From the NCBI GenBank assembly GCA_943704425.1, contig CALSCP010001105.1, positions 1 to 35,045 on the forward strand: a stretch of DNA of 35,045 bases. The letters are read 5' to 3'. Each line of letters begins with the position of its first letter. The first letter of the stretch is position 1. The stretch comes from Ministeria vibrans ATCC 50519. Lineage: Eukaryota > Protista > Filasterea. Under the pieces are notes generated by a model. It was given only the letters and a program-made list of their open reading frames with translations, searched no databases and had not been told where the DNA came from. Below, piece after piece: positions 11,794 through 21,620 of the stretch. The position numbers were made by a program, and so were the translations under genes.

Positions 11794-11807
11794 GTCGCCA
11801 TGGAAAC
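11794..11807. promoter_or_regulatory. RFX X-box (GTCGCCATGGAAAC) in the bidirectional promoter of CFAP73 and CFAP206
   Basis: Fits GTYNYY-AT-RRNAAC and lies between two divergent ciliary genes. A second imperfect box, CTTCACATGGCAAC, is at 11857-11870. Confidence 0.7.
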
Positions 11808-11862
11808 AGATATTCATTTTGGATCCAATATCACAATGATCACAAGCTTATACGTTCTTCAC

Positions 11863-13895
11863 ATGGCAACATTGCCTGCAAACTTAAGATCAAGCTTGAG
11901 GGACGACTCGGTGTGGGAACGCGTCGCTGCCCGAATTGTACAAGCGACCATCAATGAAGGAATTCAAGTCGACAAAATAACTGCTTTGCACGCGGTACGT
12001 CGCTCTCCAACATCCACTGAGGTGCGCTGACACACTCTTTACCGTACGCATCTTGTTACAACGCAGGCTTCACTCGTTGCCTTGGATACGAAAATTGAAG
12101 CAGACGATGAAAAAGCCCTGTCGCCCACTCAACTGGACACGGTCGTCAAGGTATATCTAGGCACTCTCGTACAATGCTGTGGTCAATATTGACTCTCTCG
12201 TGATATAGGTTGCTTCAGAATTGGTGTGCTCTCCCGTGCTGGCGACCTTCCAAATGCAAACTGCCTTTACACGCACCCTTTATGTCTCTCCGGGAGATTT
12301 CATCGCACGCCAACGCAGCCTGCATGCTCACGATCTCGATGCAAGTCGTCGCGCCATCTTATCAAGTCGAGCGCTCTCGTCCGCCGACCTGGTGCGCTTT
12401 AATCACGACTTGGTTACCTTCATCGTCAGCAGTTCAAGACTTGGTGATGCGGCAGACGAAATGGTTCGTCGTGAGACCGAGACGGCCCTCGCAAGTGTAC
12501 TGCCCACCGACGAGCTTGTTGGATTTGTCCAAATGTTCAAACTTGAAAAGGAAGCCTATCTGGCTGAGCTTGTGGAAGTTGTCAGTGGCGTGCGTCTGTT
12601 CAATCGTGCCGTTGGCAAAGGAGGTGCAGGAATCGAAGACGGTATGAAAAAAAAGTTCTTCTTGTTGCTATGTTGATGTTGATGCGATGGCATTCTTAGC
12701 TCCTGTGGTGCTTGCGGAAGGTATTGAGCGGGTGTCGGACGTACTTGAGCAAGAACGCGAGGCACTTGCTTTGTCGTGTATGAGGCGGAAGGGAGAAACG
12801 CTAGTCAATCACAGTCAGTTGGACTTGTATCTTTCGCAACTACAGCGCGATCTCTTTGACTTGCGCGAGAATGTACATGTTGCAAAAGAGCGTGTCTGCG
12901 AGACAACGCAACGACTTGCTGGCACTGTGCGTAGTCGTGTTGCTGTTCCCGTTGAGAATGTCTATCCGCACTTTCGAGTGCTTGCGCGTGACTGGGCGAG
13001 TCTAGTTGATTTCATGGAACTCTTGGAGGACCGCGAAGAACTGGCAGCGTCCTTTGTTGCATTTAAGATTGAAGAAGAAGAAGAAGAAGAAGGAGAAGAA
13101 GAAGAAGAAGAAGAAGGAGAAGAAGAAGAAGAAGAAACCGGTGACAAGGCGAGTGAAAAGCTCTTGAAAGAACGTCTGCGTCTGCGCGCCCATCGACTGC
13201 GCACGACCGGCACGGAACTCGACGCAAACACACGCACGGATGATCAGATTGACCCTTCTCGAGTGCGACCCCTCGAACTTGTTACCGCCACCAACACTCC
13301 TCATCTCGACCGTCTTCCCGTTGCCTTTGCCGGTTTCTGCCCCGTCTCGCTGCTCACCGACACATCCGAGCGCACGCTCCGACGTCTCATCCCTGGCAAC
13401 CGTGCTATCGGTCTCCTGCGTCTCCCACACAACCCAAGCGCCCTCTTTTCCTTTGCCAGTCGTGCCTATGCCGAAGAGTTTGCCTCTGACCCTCACACAC
13501 TTATCACACAAGTGCTCACTCTCGCCCGCCACTCTCCCTCACTCATTCCTCTTCTTTCGTTACCCTCCCATCTCCCGTCCCCCCTCCTATCTCTCCGCGG
13601 CTTCCCTTCTGTCCTCCCCGGCATTGACCAGAGCAGTGACAATGTACCCCACTCAGATGGAGCTGTCCAAACAGAAACCCATCCCATCGAGTCGCACGTT
13701 GATAGAGTAACACAAAAACGATATAGTAGACCATTTTTAACGGTTGTGCAATTTTTAGAAATACGAATGGAACGAGTGGGAACTGCGACGCAAAGCAATT
13801 CAGCTTGTAAATCTACGCACAAAGAAAACGAGTTCACAACAGACCGACGGATCACATTTCCGTCGCGACAACTCATCGCAAGTTTACCTTCCAAA
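11863..13895 (+). CDS. CFAP206: Cilia- and flagella-associated protein 206 (last exon uncertain or missing)
   Basis: Exons 11863-11994, 12067-12150, 12209-12641, ~12700-13706 and 13759-13895. Motifs ELVEVVSGVRLFNRAVGKGGAGIED, VPVENVYPHF, FAGFCPV, QTETHPIESHVD and YEWNEWELRRKAIQLVNLRTKKTSSQQTDGSHFRRDNSSQVYLPK. Contains a poly-Glu (GAA)n insert at ~13071-13136. Confidence 0.93.
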
Positions 13896-13972
13896 GTATT
13901 CATTCAAACTTCATAATCATTGTTTTCTTCTCTCTTTCTCGGAACTTTCTCGTTCAATGCCTTCTTTAATTT

Positions 13973-14111
13973 CTATCACTTTGTGTCTAAATCACCACTC
14001 TCTCTCTCTCTACTGCTACTTAAATCTTTTCTCCCTATCACTTTGTGTCAAATCATCTCTTTCTATCACTTTGTGTTCAAATCATCTCTTTCTATCACTG
14101 TGCTCAAATTA

Positions 14112-14115
<4 letters not shown>
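13973..14115 (+). repeat. ~28-29 bp minisatellite (CTATCACTTTGTGT(T)CAAATCATCTCTTT), about 4 copies
   Basis: Units start at 13973, 14035, 14063 and 14092. Confidence 0.8.
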
Positions 14116-14204
<89 letters not shown>

Positions 14205-14217
14205 GTCTCTCTCTCTC
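14116..14217 (+). repeat. (TC)n microsatellite; probable assembly collapse point
   Basis: Direct reading. Both flanking genes enter it through unpaired splice donors. Confidence 0.9.
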
Positions 14218-14227
14218 ACCCACGTAC

Positions 14228-15206
14228 AACATCCTCATCGGCGTTGCTCTCCCGCACCACCCGCACAGCCGTCACTGCAGGCGCACTCGCCCCCAAGTCG
14301 GCACTTAGTAGTCGCACCGGTCCCACAAAGCACCCTACTCGCTCTCGGTAGATGTCTTCAATTTCGCCACGCACAAACTTGTCAAAGAAACTCCTACACA
14401 TCAACAAATCAGAACCAGCAATCCATTCCAATTAGTTTCTTTCCATACTGAATTTTTGTGTCGTGAAGATCGGCAAACAGACGCCCGACAACGGCACAAA
14501 ACCATAGCGTGCTCTCCGAGTCCTCTACAGTGTTGATAGTCTCTTGAGTTGCCCAACCGGGTCTCCCTTTCCCCTTACCGTGTGCACACATCTCTTTGAT
14601 GTTTTTTACGCCTGACTGACTCATCTACGCAGAGTGTCGCTTTCATCGTGAGCACAAAAAAAACGCACACACACAAGACGTGTGTGTTTTTCTCACCACT
14701 TCTTGGTAGGGCTTCTTGACGGGCCAGGGACGAAGTCGTGTGAGATGGGGAAACACATAGAAGACGACAACAAAAATGAGCTGTGGCAGCAGCACAAGAA
14801 ACATTCCGGCAAGCACTCCGACAAAAGTGCCCACAGTCGTCTGGAAGAAGCCTACGAGACGCAGCGTCCAGTCGGAGGCCAGCCCCTTCATCTCGTGCGC
14901 GTCCAGCGACCCGTCTGCGTCTTTGTCGTGCGCCTGTAACGTCAAACACACAACAAAGGAAAGGAAAGGAAAAGAACCAAAGTCGTTTGTGTTTCGCCCA
15001 AATAAAAACGTCTTTCGCACCTCGATAAAGCGTTGAATCTCCCCCTCGGGAAGCGACGTCAAGCCGAGCTTCTCCAGCGCCAACAAGACCGCCTCGACAT
15101 TGCTGGATGCTGCGGATGTTTCGGAGTTGGTCGTCTCATCGTTCCCATGCACGACACTCGTGAAGCCGCACAGTCCCAGCAGCACGACTGCAATCCACAA
15201 CTTCAT
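14228..15206 (-). CDS. Signal peptide + EF-hand + TM + N-terminal part of an SMP domain (PDZD8/Mmm1-like); 3' truncated
   Basis: Exons 15206-15021, 14933-14697, 14624-14449 and 14393-14228 in frame. EF loop DKDADGSLDAHE; TM GVLAGMFLVLLPQLIF resembles the PDZD8 N-terminal TM; ESTLWFCAVVGRLFADLHDT...LLSADLGASAPAVTAVRV resembles the start of an SMP domain. Confidence 0.7.
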
Positions 15207-15374
15207 TCACTTGAGAAGGATGAGGCAGGGCGTCAAAAAGAGATCGAAACAACGAAACTGACGATGTTAACTCTATTTTCCCGTTGATCAATTACGAAAA
15301 GGCAACTCTTATCCACATTTACTTACGCTCTTCGGTCTCCCGCCCCCTCGCCCTATTAACTCTGCACGTTTGCC

Positions 15375-16702
15375 ATGGCTACGTCTCGACGACTCAACAA
15401 GGTGCGTGTTGAATGAAATGAAACATCAATCTCACCCCCTCCATCCCATTGTGCACACCGACCTGCCCCACCCCCGATGCCTTCCCCATCTTCCGACCCA
15501 TAGGAGCTGCAAGCCATCCTCGCATCAAACCTGGAGTTGGTTAAGGAAGTGACGGTCGATGAATCTAACTTGTTGCACTGGACAGCGCTCCTGCAGCCGG
15601 TAAGCAGCGCAATGCCTGCCCATCGTGGATACATCCATTACTCACTGCATCAGCGCGCCCCTACATACTTGCTTGGGCTCCCCCTTTTCGTTTTTTTTTT
15701 CGTTTTTTTTTTTTTTTCCTTTCTCTTGTGCGTTTCGACACTTCATCCAATTCGACGTGTTTTGCGGCGCTTCTGGGCTGTTTCACGGCTGTCTCGCTCC
15801 ATGGCGTTGTCTGTTTGTTTGATTCTTCACGTGCCCTCATACGACGGGGTCTCTCCAATGGGCATTTGGCCAATCCAGAGGCGATTAAGAAACAGACGAC
15901 TTTTTTCTTTCCTTCTTTTTTTTTTCGTGTCTCTCTTCGTTCTCTCTCCTTTTAATCCCTTCACCGTGTTCTTTGCCACGGCACTAGGAGAAGCCCCCGT
16001 ACAACAAGGGCGCCTTCAGAGTTAGTCTTCAGTTCCCCCCCGAGTACCCTTTCAAGGCACCAAAGGTACACACACACACACACAGTGGTGAAACACTCTG
16101 AGCAGATGGCACACGCATCCAAGGAAGGGTCTCAGACACACATCTGTCCTGATCACTTTCATGTCTCTTCACCATCCACACTTGTCTCAAGCACCTCTGT
16201 CTTGATCACTTCTCCCACCACTTGTTTCTCATGCCGTCTGCGACCCCTCTTGTCACAGTTGCGGAGATGATGAGTTCACTGACACGCAAACACCCCCCCC
16301 TCCCCCCTCCTCCTCTCTCTTTCAGGTTGTCTTCCAGACCGCCATGTACCACCCGAACATTGACGAGAATGGTGTCGTGTGCCTGGACATCCTCAAGCAG
16401 GACGTGTGGAAGCCCACGACTACTGCACAACAGAGTAAGAAAGAAGGAGAAGTGCAAGCTGAGCTGTTGATAATTATTTTTTGACAAACTTGATTGATTG
16501 TAGTTCTTCTGAGCTTGGTTGTGCTTATCGACGAGCCCAATGCCAACGACCCCGTCAACGCCGATGTCGGCCAGCAATTCACCACAGACAAGGCCAAGTT
16601 CATGAAGGTAGCAACTTAGCTGGATTGTACAATGGTGACACTGACTTTTTGTTGTAGAGCTGCGCGGAGCACGTCGAGAAGCACGCTGAGAAGCGTGTAT
16701 AG
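15375..16702 (+). CDS. UBE2L3: Ubiquitin-conjugating enzyme E2, UBE2L3/UbcH7-like, 6 exons
   Basis: Exons 15375-15401, 15504-15599, 15988-16065, 16326-16434, 16504-16607 and 16658-16702 give [62 protein letters not shown]. Confidence 0.85.
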
Positions 16703-16891
16703 AGTATCAGTTCTTCCTTTTCCCCCGCCACACATTGTATGAATGAAAGTTCCCAACCCACAAGAAAACATGATTAAATTTTGAATGAAATCATCAAAAT
16801 TTTAATGTTTTTGCAGACACCCTTTGTCAATGTGTGTCTTCGCCACGCCTCATTGGTACTGTCGGACGGCACCGAAGGTGAATTGTGTTCG

Positions 16892-17818
16892 ATGACGCGT
16901 CAGGCACGTCAGAATTGTGACAAGATGCAGCGTCTCCTGAGCGCACGACTTGTGGAGTACGCTAGGCTCTCACATGACGATGTAACTCGTTGCCAGTGTG
17001 GAAACGAACTATTCACTGACGAGCTGTTTGAATTGGCGGCGCAGGCGGTTGACGAGACTGCTGTTTTGGAGGATTTTCATTCGAGACGAGATTTTTCCTC
17101 GAAACGCGCCGAAACGTTTCTCCAGGCTCGCACACACACTTCCTATGTGGCACGCCAACGCGCACTTGCGCGCGAGAAGCAAAATAACGAGAAACAGAGT
17201 CGCGACGACACAATATCAAACGTGGATGGTGTTCCAATGTCGACTGTGGATGATCAACACCAATCAACAGTGGGTGATCAAGGCCAATCAACAGTGAGTG
17301 ATCAAGGCCAATCAACGGTGGATCATCAACATCAATCAACCGTGGATGGTGCACCAATTCCTCAACACCAACCAAACGAGGATGGTACTCCAAGTTCTCA
17401 TCACACTCTGAGCGCCAACACCAAATCTTGTGATGTGATTCCTCAGAACAGACATGTTGATTCGTATGAGCGCCTCGAGTTTGTGGGAGATGCAGTAGTG
17501 GCCGCTGTGGTGTCGGTGTGGCTGTGTCGAAGCGTAGAGGGAACGGAATTGACTCGAAAGGTGTTGGGGCGGCTGACAGCACGACGAGGTGAAATTGTGT
17601 CAAATGCAGCGCTTTCGCGCGCTGCCTTTCGTGCAAATCTGATTGGACAAGCTCGCTTTGGATCCGAACATCTCGCACGCCAGGTCGCGAGTGGCGAGAA
17701 GATTAAAATTGCTGGAAGTCTCTACGAAGCACACGTTGCTGCACTCTATCTCTGCGATGGTTTCTCCGTTGCTGCCGACTACATCGAGAAAACTCTTCTT
17801 GCCACAGATGCATTATGA
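16892..17818 (+). CDS. Stand-alone RNase III-domain protein without dsRBD
   Basis: QARTHTSY, signature YERLEFVGDAVV (~17465-17497), R..IVSN..L and KIAGSLYEAHVAALYLCDG, then a stop right after the domain. Start uncertain: ATG 16805 or 16892, or splicing into the acceptor at 16816. Confidence 0.85.
   Translation: MTRQARQNCDKMQRLLSARLVEYARLSHDDVTRCQCGNELFTDELFELAAQAVDETAVLEDFHSRRDFSSKRAETFLQARTHTSYVARQRALAREKQNNEKQSRDDTISNVDGVPMSTVDDQHQSTVGDQGQSTVSDQGQSTVDHQHQSTVDGAPIPQHQPNEDGTPSSHHTLSANTKSCDVIPQNRHVDSYERLEFVGDAVVAAVVSVWLCRSVEGTELTRKVLGRLTARRGEIVSNAALSRAAFRANLIGQARFGSEHLARQVASGEKIKIAGSLYEAHVAALYLCDGFSVAADYIEKTLLATDAL
17216..17359 (+). repeat. Coding minisatellite, 6 x 24 bp (STVxDQxQ-like) inside the RNase III domain
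   Basis: SNVDGVPM STVDDQHQ STVGDQGQ STVSDQGQ STVDHQHQ STVDGAPI. Confidence 0.9.
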
Positions 17819-17998
17819 GCAACTGACTAGGGAGTTATTACCAATTGCGCAGGGGACATACCTATGTACGTCATTCGTTGTAACAGAAATGTACCGTAGT
17901 CGACGAAAACCAATCATTCATATTCGAGTTAACAGAGAATTTAATAATAATAGTTATATTTTTTTATTTATTTTGTTTTCTCTAACGTCTTCAACATC

Positions 17999-19667
17999 AT
18001 GAGTGAGCCACATGCGTACACTACTCCTGCTCAACCTACATCCAACCCGTCACGCAAACGTGCACATCCGTCGCCTTCGAGCAGCACAGCCAGTTCAGTG
18101 TCACCTCCCGAACAAGAAACTGCAAAAACAACATTACCGACCCTTGATCCTACCAGTACGCATACGCCACACAATACGCAAATGTGTAACATACCGACCA
18201 CGAACACACGTCGGCACTCATTGAAACACAAACTCATCTGCGAACCTCCTTTTTAAACAGGTCGTGAAATTGCTTCTTCGACCGACACTGCAAAGGAGCA
18301 GAAGAGAGCCCAATCTGCTTTGCTTACGCCACTCCATGGGCAGGACAATGTCCTTCACGGTACGTTGACAAGCAAAGCTACGCTAAAAATCCTTTCAAAA
18401 TGTTGAAAAACGACAACGCATCCTTTCGCTGAGAAAAATTCCGCCAAAGAAGAAAACAAAAACGAAAAAGGCGACTTGTTCAACGTAGATGGCTCTGTTT
18501 CCGATGCTAGCGCCCTATCCATATCACCAGTTGTACTTGGTACACGATGGAACGACTTGGAAGAGGAGGACTTTGTTGATGGGTGTACGGCGGACACGGA
18601 GCGAAGCGTGTCCACGACAACAAAAGGGTCAAAGCGCCAGTTTCAACATCGTTCTGCAACCTCCTCGGCTGGCGCCACACCATTTCGAATGGTGATTAGT
18701 CGAAAGCCATCCTCAAAAGACTCGACGAGCAATGCCAGAAAGAAGGTAGACTATCAGACAATTGAGCGACTTCTCATAGCAGTACATTGAGCATTTCAGG
18801 TGTTCATTGGAGAGCGTGTCAATGTTGCACTTGACTTTGGCAATGACAAAGATGAAGAAGTGAATGTGCACGTTGATGGACAGGAAAAAGAAGAAAAAGA
18901 AGAAGAAGATGATGAAGAAGAAGAAGAAGAAGATGAAGATGAAGAAGAAGAAGATGATGATGAAGATGAAGATGAAGATCAAGATGAAGAAGAAGAACCG
19001 AATCTGGTGAGTGCGACCTCGTCACCATCGTTGCACGCCTGGACACCCGAGTCGAATCGCCCAATGAATCGCCGTTCTCCGCTGGATCCGCTCCGACAGG
19101 AAGAAATCACAGAAGTCCGGGTCAGAACCTTATAATAATCACGTCAATATCATCATTAATTATTTTTTATATTATTACTAAAGGATCGCCTTTTTACAGA
19201 AATTTTTTCGACAGCTGCATTACGATGGATATTATGGGCAGGTGATTATGATTATAGATAATGGGACACGTATATACGTAAAGCCGATGTTTTTTTTTGG
19301 ATCGAATTTGATGTAGGGAGTTCTGAACTGGATCGAAGAGCTGTTTGTGAACAAAGTCAATGCACTCGTTCAACGCGTATTTCTATTTCAAATTTATTCA
19401 TAATATTCGGCTCTTTTTTATTATCCTTGTTCATTGTAGGATGCTGAGCGAGATCAAGAGGTCGAGACACTCTGCGAGAAAGTCAACGAGCTAAACACTG
19501 CTCTGTCAAATGCGGGTAAACAGTCGAAGCAACGTCCCTTTCTTCTCGGCTTTCTACTACTGTCATTTGATCACGATCCTATTGTGTTAGGATACTTTGG
19601 CCAAGATTTTGCCTCCTTTATCAAAGAAGTTGCTGTGGAAGCGGTGCGCGATGCTCAGTACAAATGA
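17999..19667 (+). CDS. Hypothetical protein: disordered N-terminus, D/E-rich tract, small helical C-terminal domain (~8 exons)
   Basis: A consistent in-frame GT-AG exon chain ends ...DRLFTEIFRQLHYDGYYGQ|GVLNWIEELFVNKVNALVQR|DAERDQEVETLCEKVNELNTALSNA|GYFGQDFASFIKEVAVEAVRDAQYK*. Confidence 0.65.
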
Positions 19668-19913
19668 AAAACAAAACAAAAACAAAAATCTTCCCTCTTT
19701 TTGGCATGCTGGAAGACACAAGTGCTAAGAGTGACAGCAAGAAATACACTAATGCAGACAGTATTAGAGGCTAGAGCAATCACACAACTTCTCAACATTC
19801 AACTGTCTTATTACATACTGAGTATAATAAAATAAAAGAAAAGAAGTTGGGAAGCGATAATAATAATCCATTTCCAATTATGTTCGTTTTCAAATTTCAA
19901 TATTTTTTTTCAT

Positions 19914-20130
19914 ATGTGGCGCTCAGGGACTGATCCCTCATCTATTGGAGGCCCGTGTGGTCGCAGTGGCCCGGCCGCTGCCTTTGTACCCAATCTTGGG
20001 TTCGTGTTGACACTCTCAACAGAGATTAAACTCATTTCTCCCGTGTCCTAGTCTTGTCGTTTGTGGCGGTGCAGATCCGTCGGGTGCCTTTTCAGATGTG
20101 TATGTGCTTGATATAGGTTTGAGAATGTGT

Positions 20131-20161
<31 letters not shown>

Positions 20162-21490
20162 GATTTGAGAACTTGGATTGTGTAGCAACGCGAAAATGGA
20201 CAGTTGCGTCGGTTTCTGCTGCTTTGCCCAGCGACAGGCTAACACCGCGCTACGAGCATTCTATTGGGGTGTCGGGGGACGGGAAGTCTGTTGTGATCTT
20301 TGGTAAGGATGGGGGATTGGACTGCGGGCAAGACGCGATGACACTTTATGCGTTGTCAAGGAGGTGCGAACGGCGATGGACCGCTCAACGACGTGTTTCT
20401 CCTGGACTGCGGGACGCCCAGAGCAGGTGTGTATGTGCACATGTGGAGTAAGTGTTCTCTACTAAAGGGCGCTTCTCTCTCTTCTCTTCAGATGCGCTTG
20501 TGTGGAAGCGCATTGAAACGACGGGCGTTGCGCCATCTCCACGTACCCAAAAGCATAGGTAGTGCACAAAGCTGTGGTCTGTGACTTCTCAACTTTGCAT
20601 CGCCTCCCTCTGTTTCCTTTTCTAGCTGTGTCCTTGACAATCAACTATTTGTCTGGGGCGGCGGCGCAACAGGTACTGACGCAGTGAGCGACAAGGCACT
20701 TTACGCACTCGACCTCCGTAAGACGTTGGACGCACAAAATTGTTTGTGTCCAATCGCGAATGATTCTATCTCATCCACTGCCTGCACCACCTAATACAGA
20801 CACATACCAGTGGAGTTGCGTCCACGACGGCACCGCCCCCGACACACCGTGTGTACGTCAGGGTCATGCACTGGTCGCAGATCCAATGCGCAGTCGCATT
20901 CTCTGTTTTGGTGGCCTCAATGGCTCTCGTTCCTTTTCAGACCTCTACGAGTTTTCATTGCGTATTGCATATACTTTTATTTTACATTTTCCATTACTTC
21001 TCATTCTATAATTGTTTTGCGTCTTGTGACTATAGATTCATTGCAGTGGAGGGAACTCAGAGCCGAAGGAGAATGTCCCAGTTTGAGTGGTAAAAGGAGC
21101 GCTTAATAATTGTATTTATGTGAGGAGCGTGTTTTGTGTTTGTTTTACAGGACACTCCGCGGTGGTTTCTGGGGACACTCTGTATTCATTTGGAGGCATT
21201 TCACTCTCTCAAATGACCCTCAGTGATCACTTGATGGCACTTGTAAGAACACACTCTCTCAGACTCACATGTACAATTTTAATCTCTCCCTTCTCGTTTA
21301 ATGTGTATCTGAACAGAATCTAAAGACGTGCGAATGGACACGGGTCGTTGCATCGCATGGGCCCAGTGCGCGTCTCAACCACGCCATGGCACTTGTGCCG
21401 CCCCACTCGCTTGTTGTCTATGCCGGCATGAGCCTAGCTGGGTCTATGTTTGACGATGTTAGTGTCATTGACGTGGTCCTTGACGACTAG
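19914..21490 (+). CDS. RABEPK: Kelch-repeat protein, Rab9 effector p40-like (multi-exon)
   Basis: The spliced product contains PCGRSG, VVCGGADPSGAFSDVYVLD, LTPRYEHS, IFGGANGDG, PSPRT, VWGGGATGTDAVSDKALY, RQGH..FGGLNGSRSFSDL, GHSAV..YSFGG and ARLNHAM, collinear with RABEPK as I recall it. Confidence 0.8.
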
Positions 21491-21620
21491 GTAGAGTACG
21501 GAGTAGTGCACGCAGCTTAATAAATATTATTATTGTTGATTCTTGTATCATTTTGCAATCCACTCCTGATAATCGAATAAATCGATTGAGAAAAATGAGA
21601 CATTTTTTTTTCTTCTCCCT

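Noticed and set aside
15369-15382. X-box-like TTTGCCATGGCTAC
   Set aside because: Coincides with the E2 start codon and Kozak context, has mismatches in both halves, and the gene is non-ciliary.
17216-17359. CRISPR-like periodic repeat
   Set aside because: Contiguous in-frame 24-bp units with no unique spacers, in a eukaryotic context.
19950-20010. tRNA-like A-box/B-box (TGGTCGCAGTGG ... GGTTCG)
   Set aside because: No cloverleaf. It is RABEPK exon 1 plus its GTTCGT donor.
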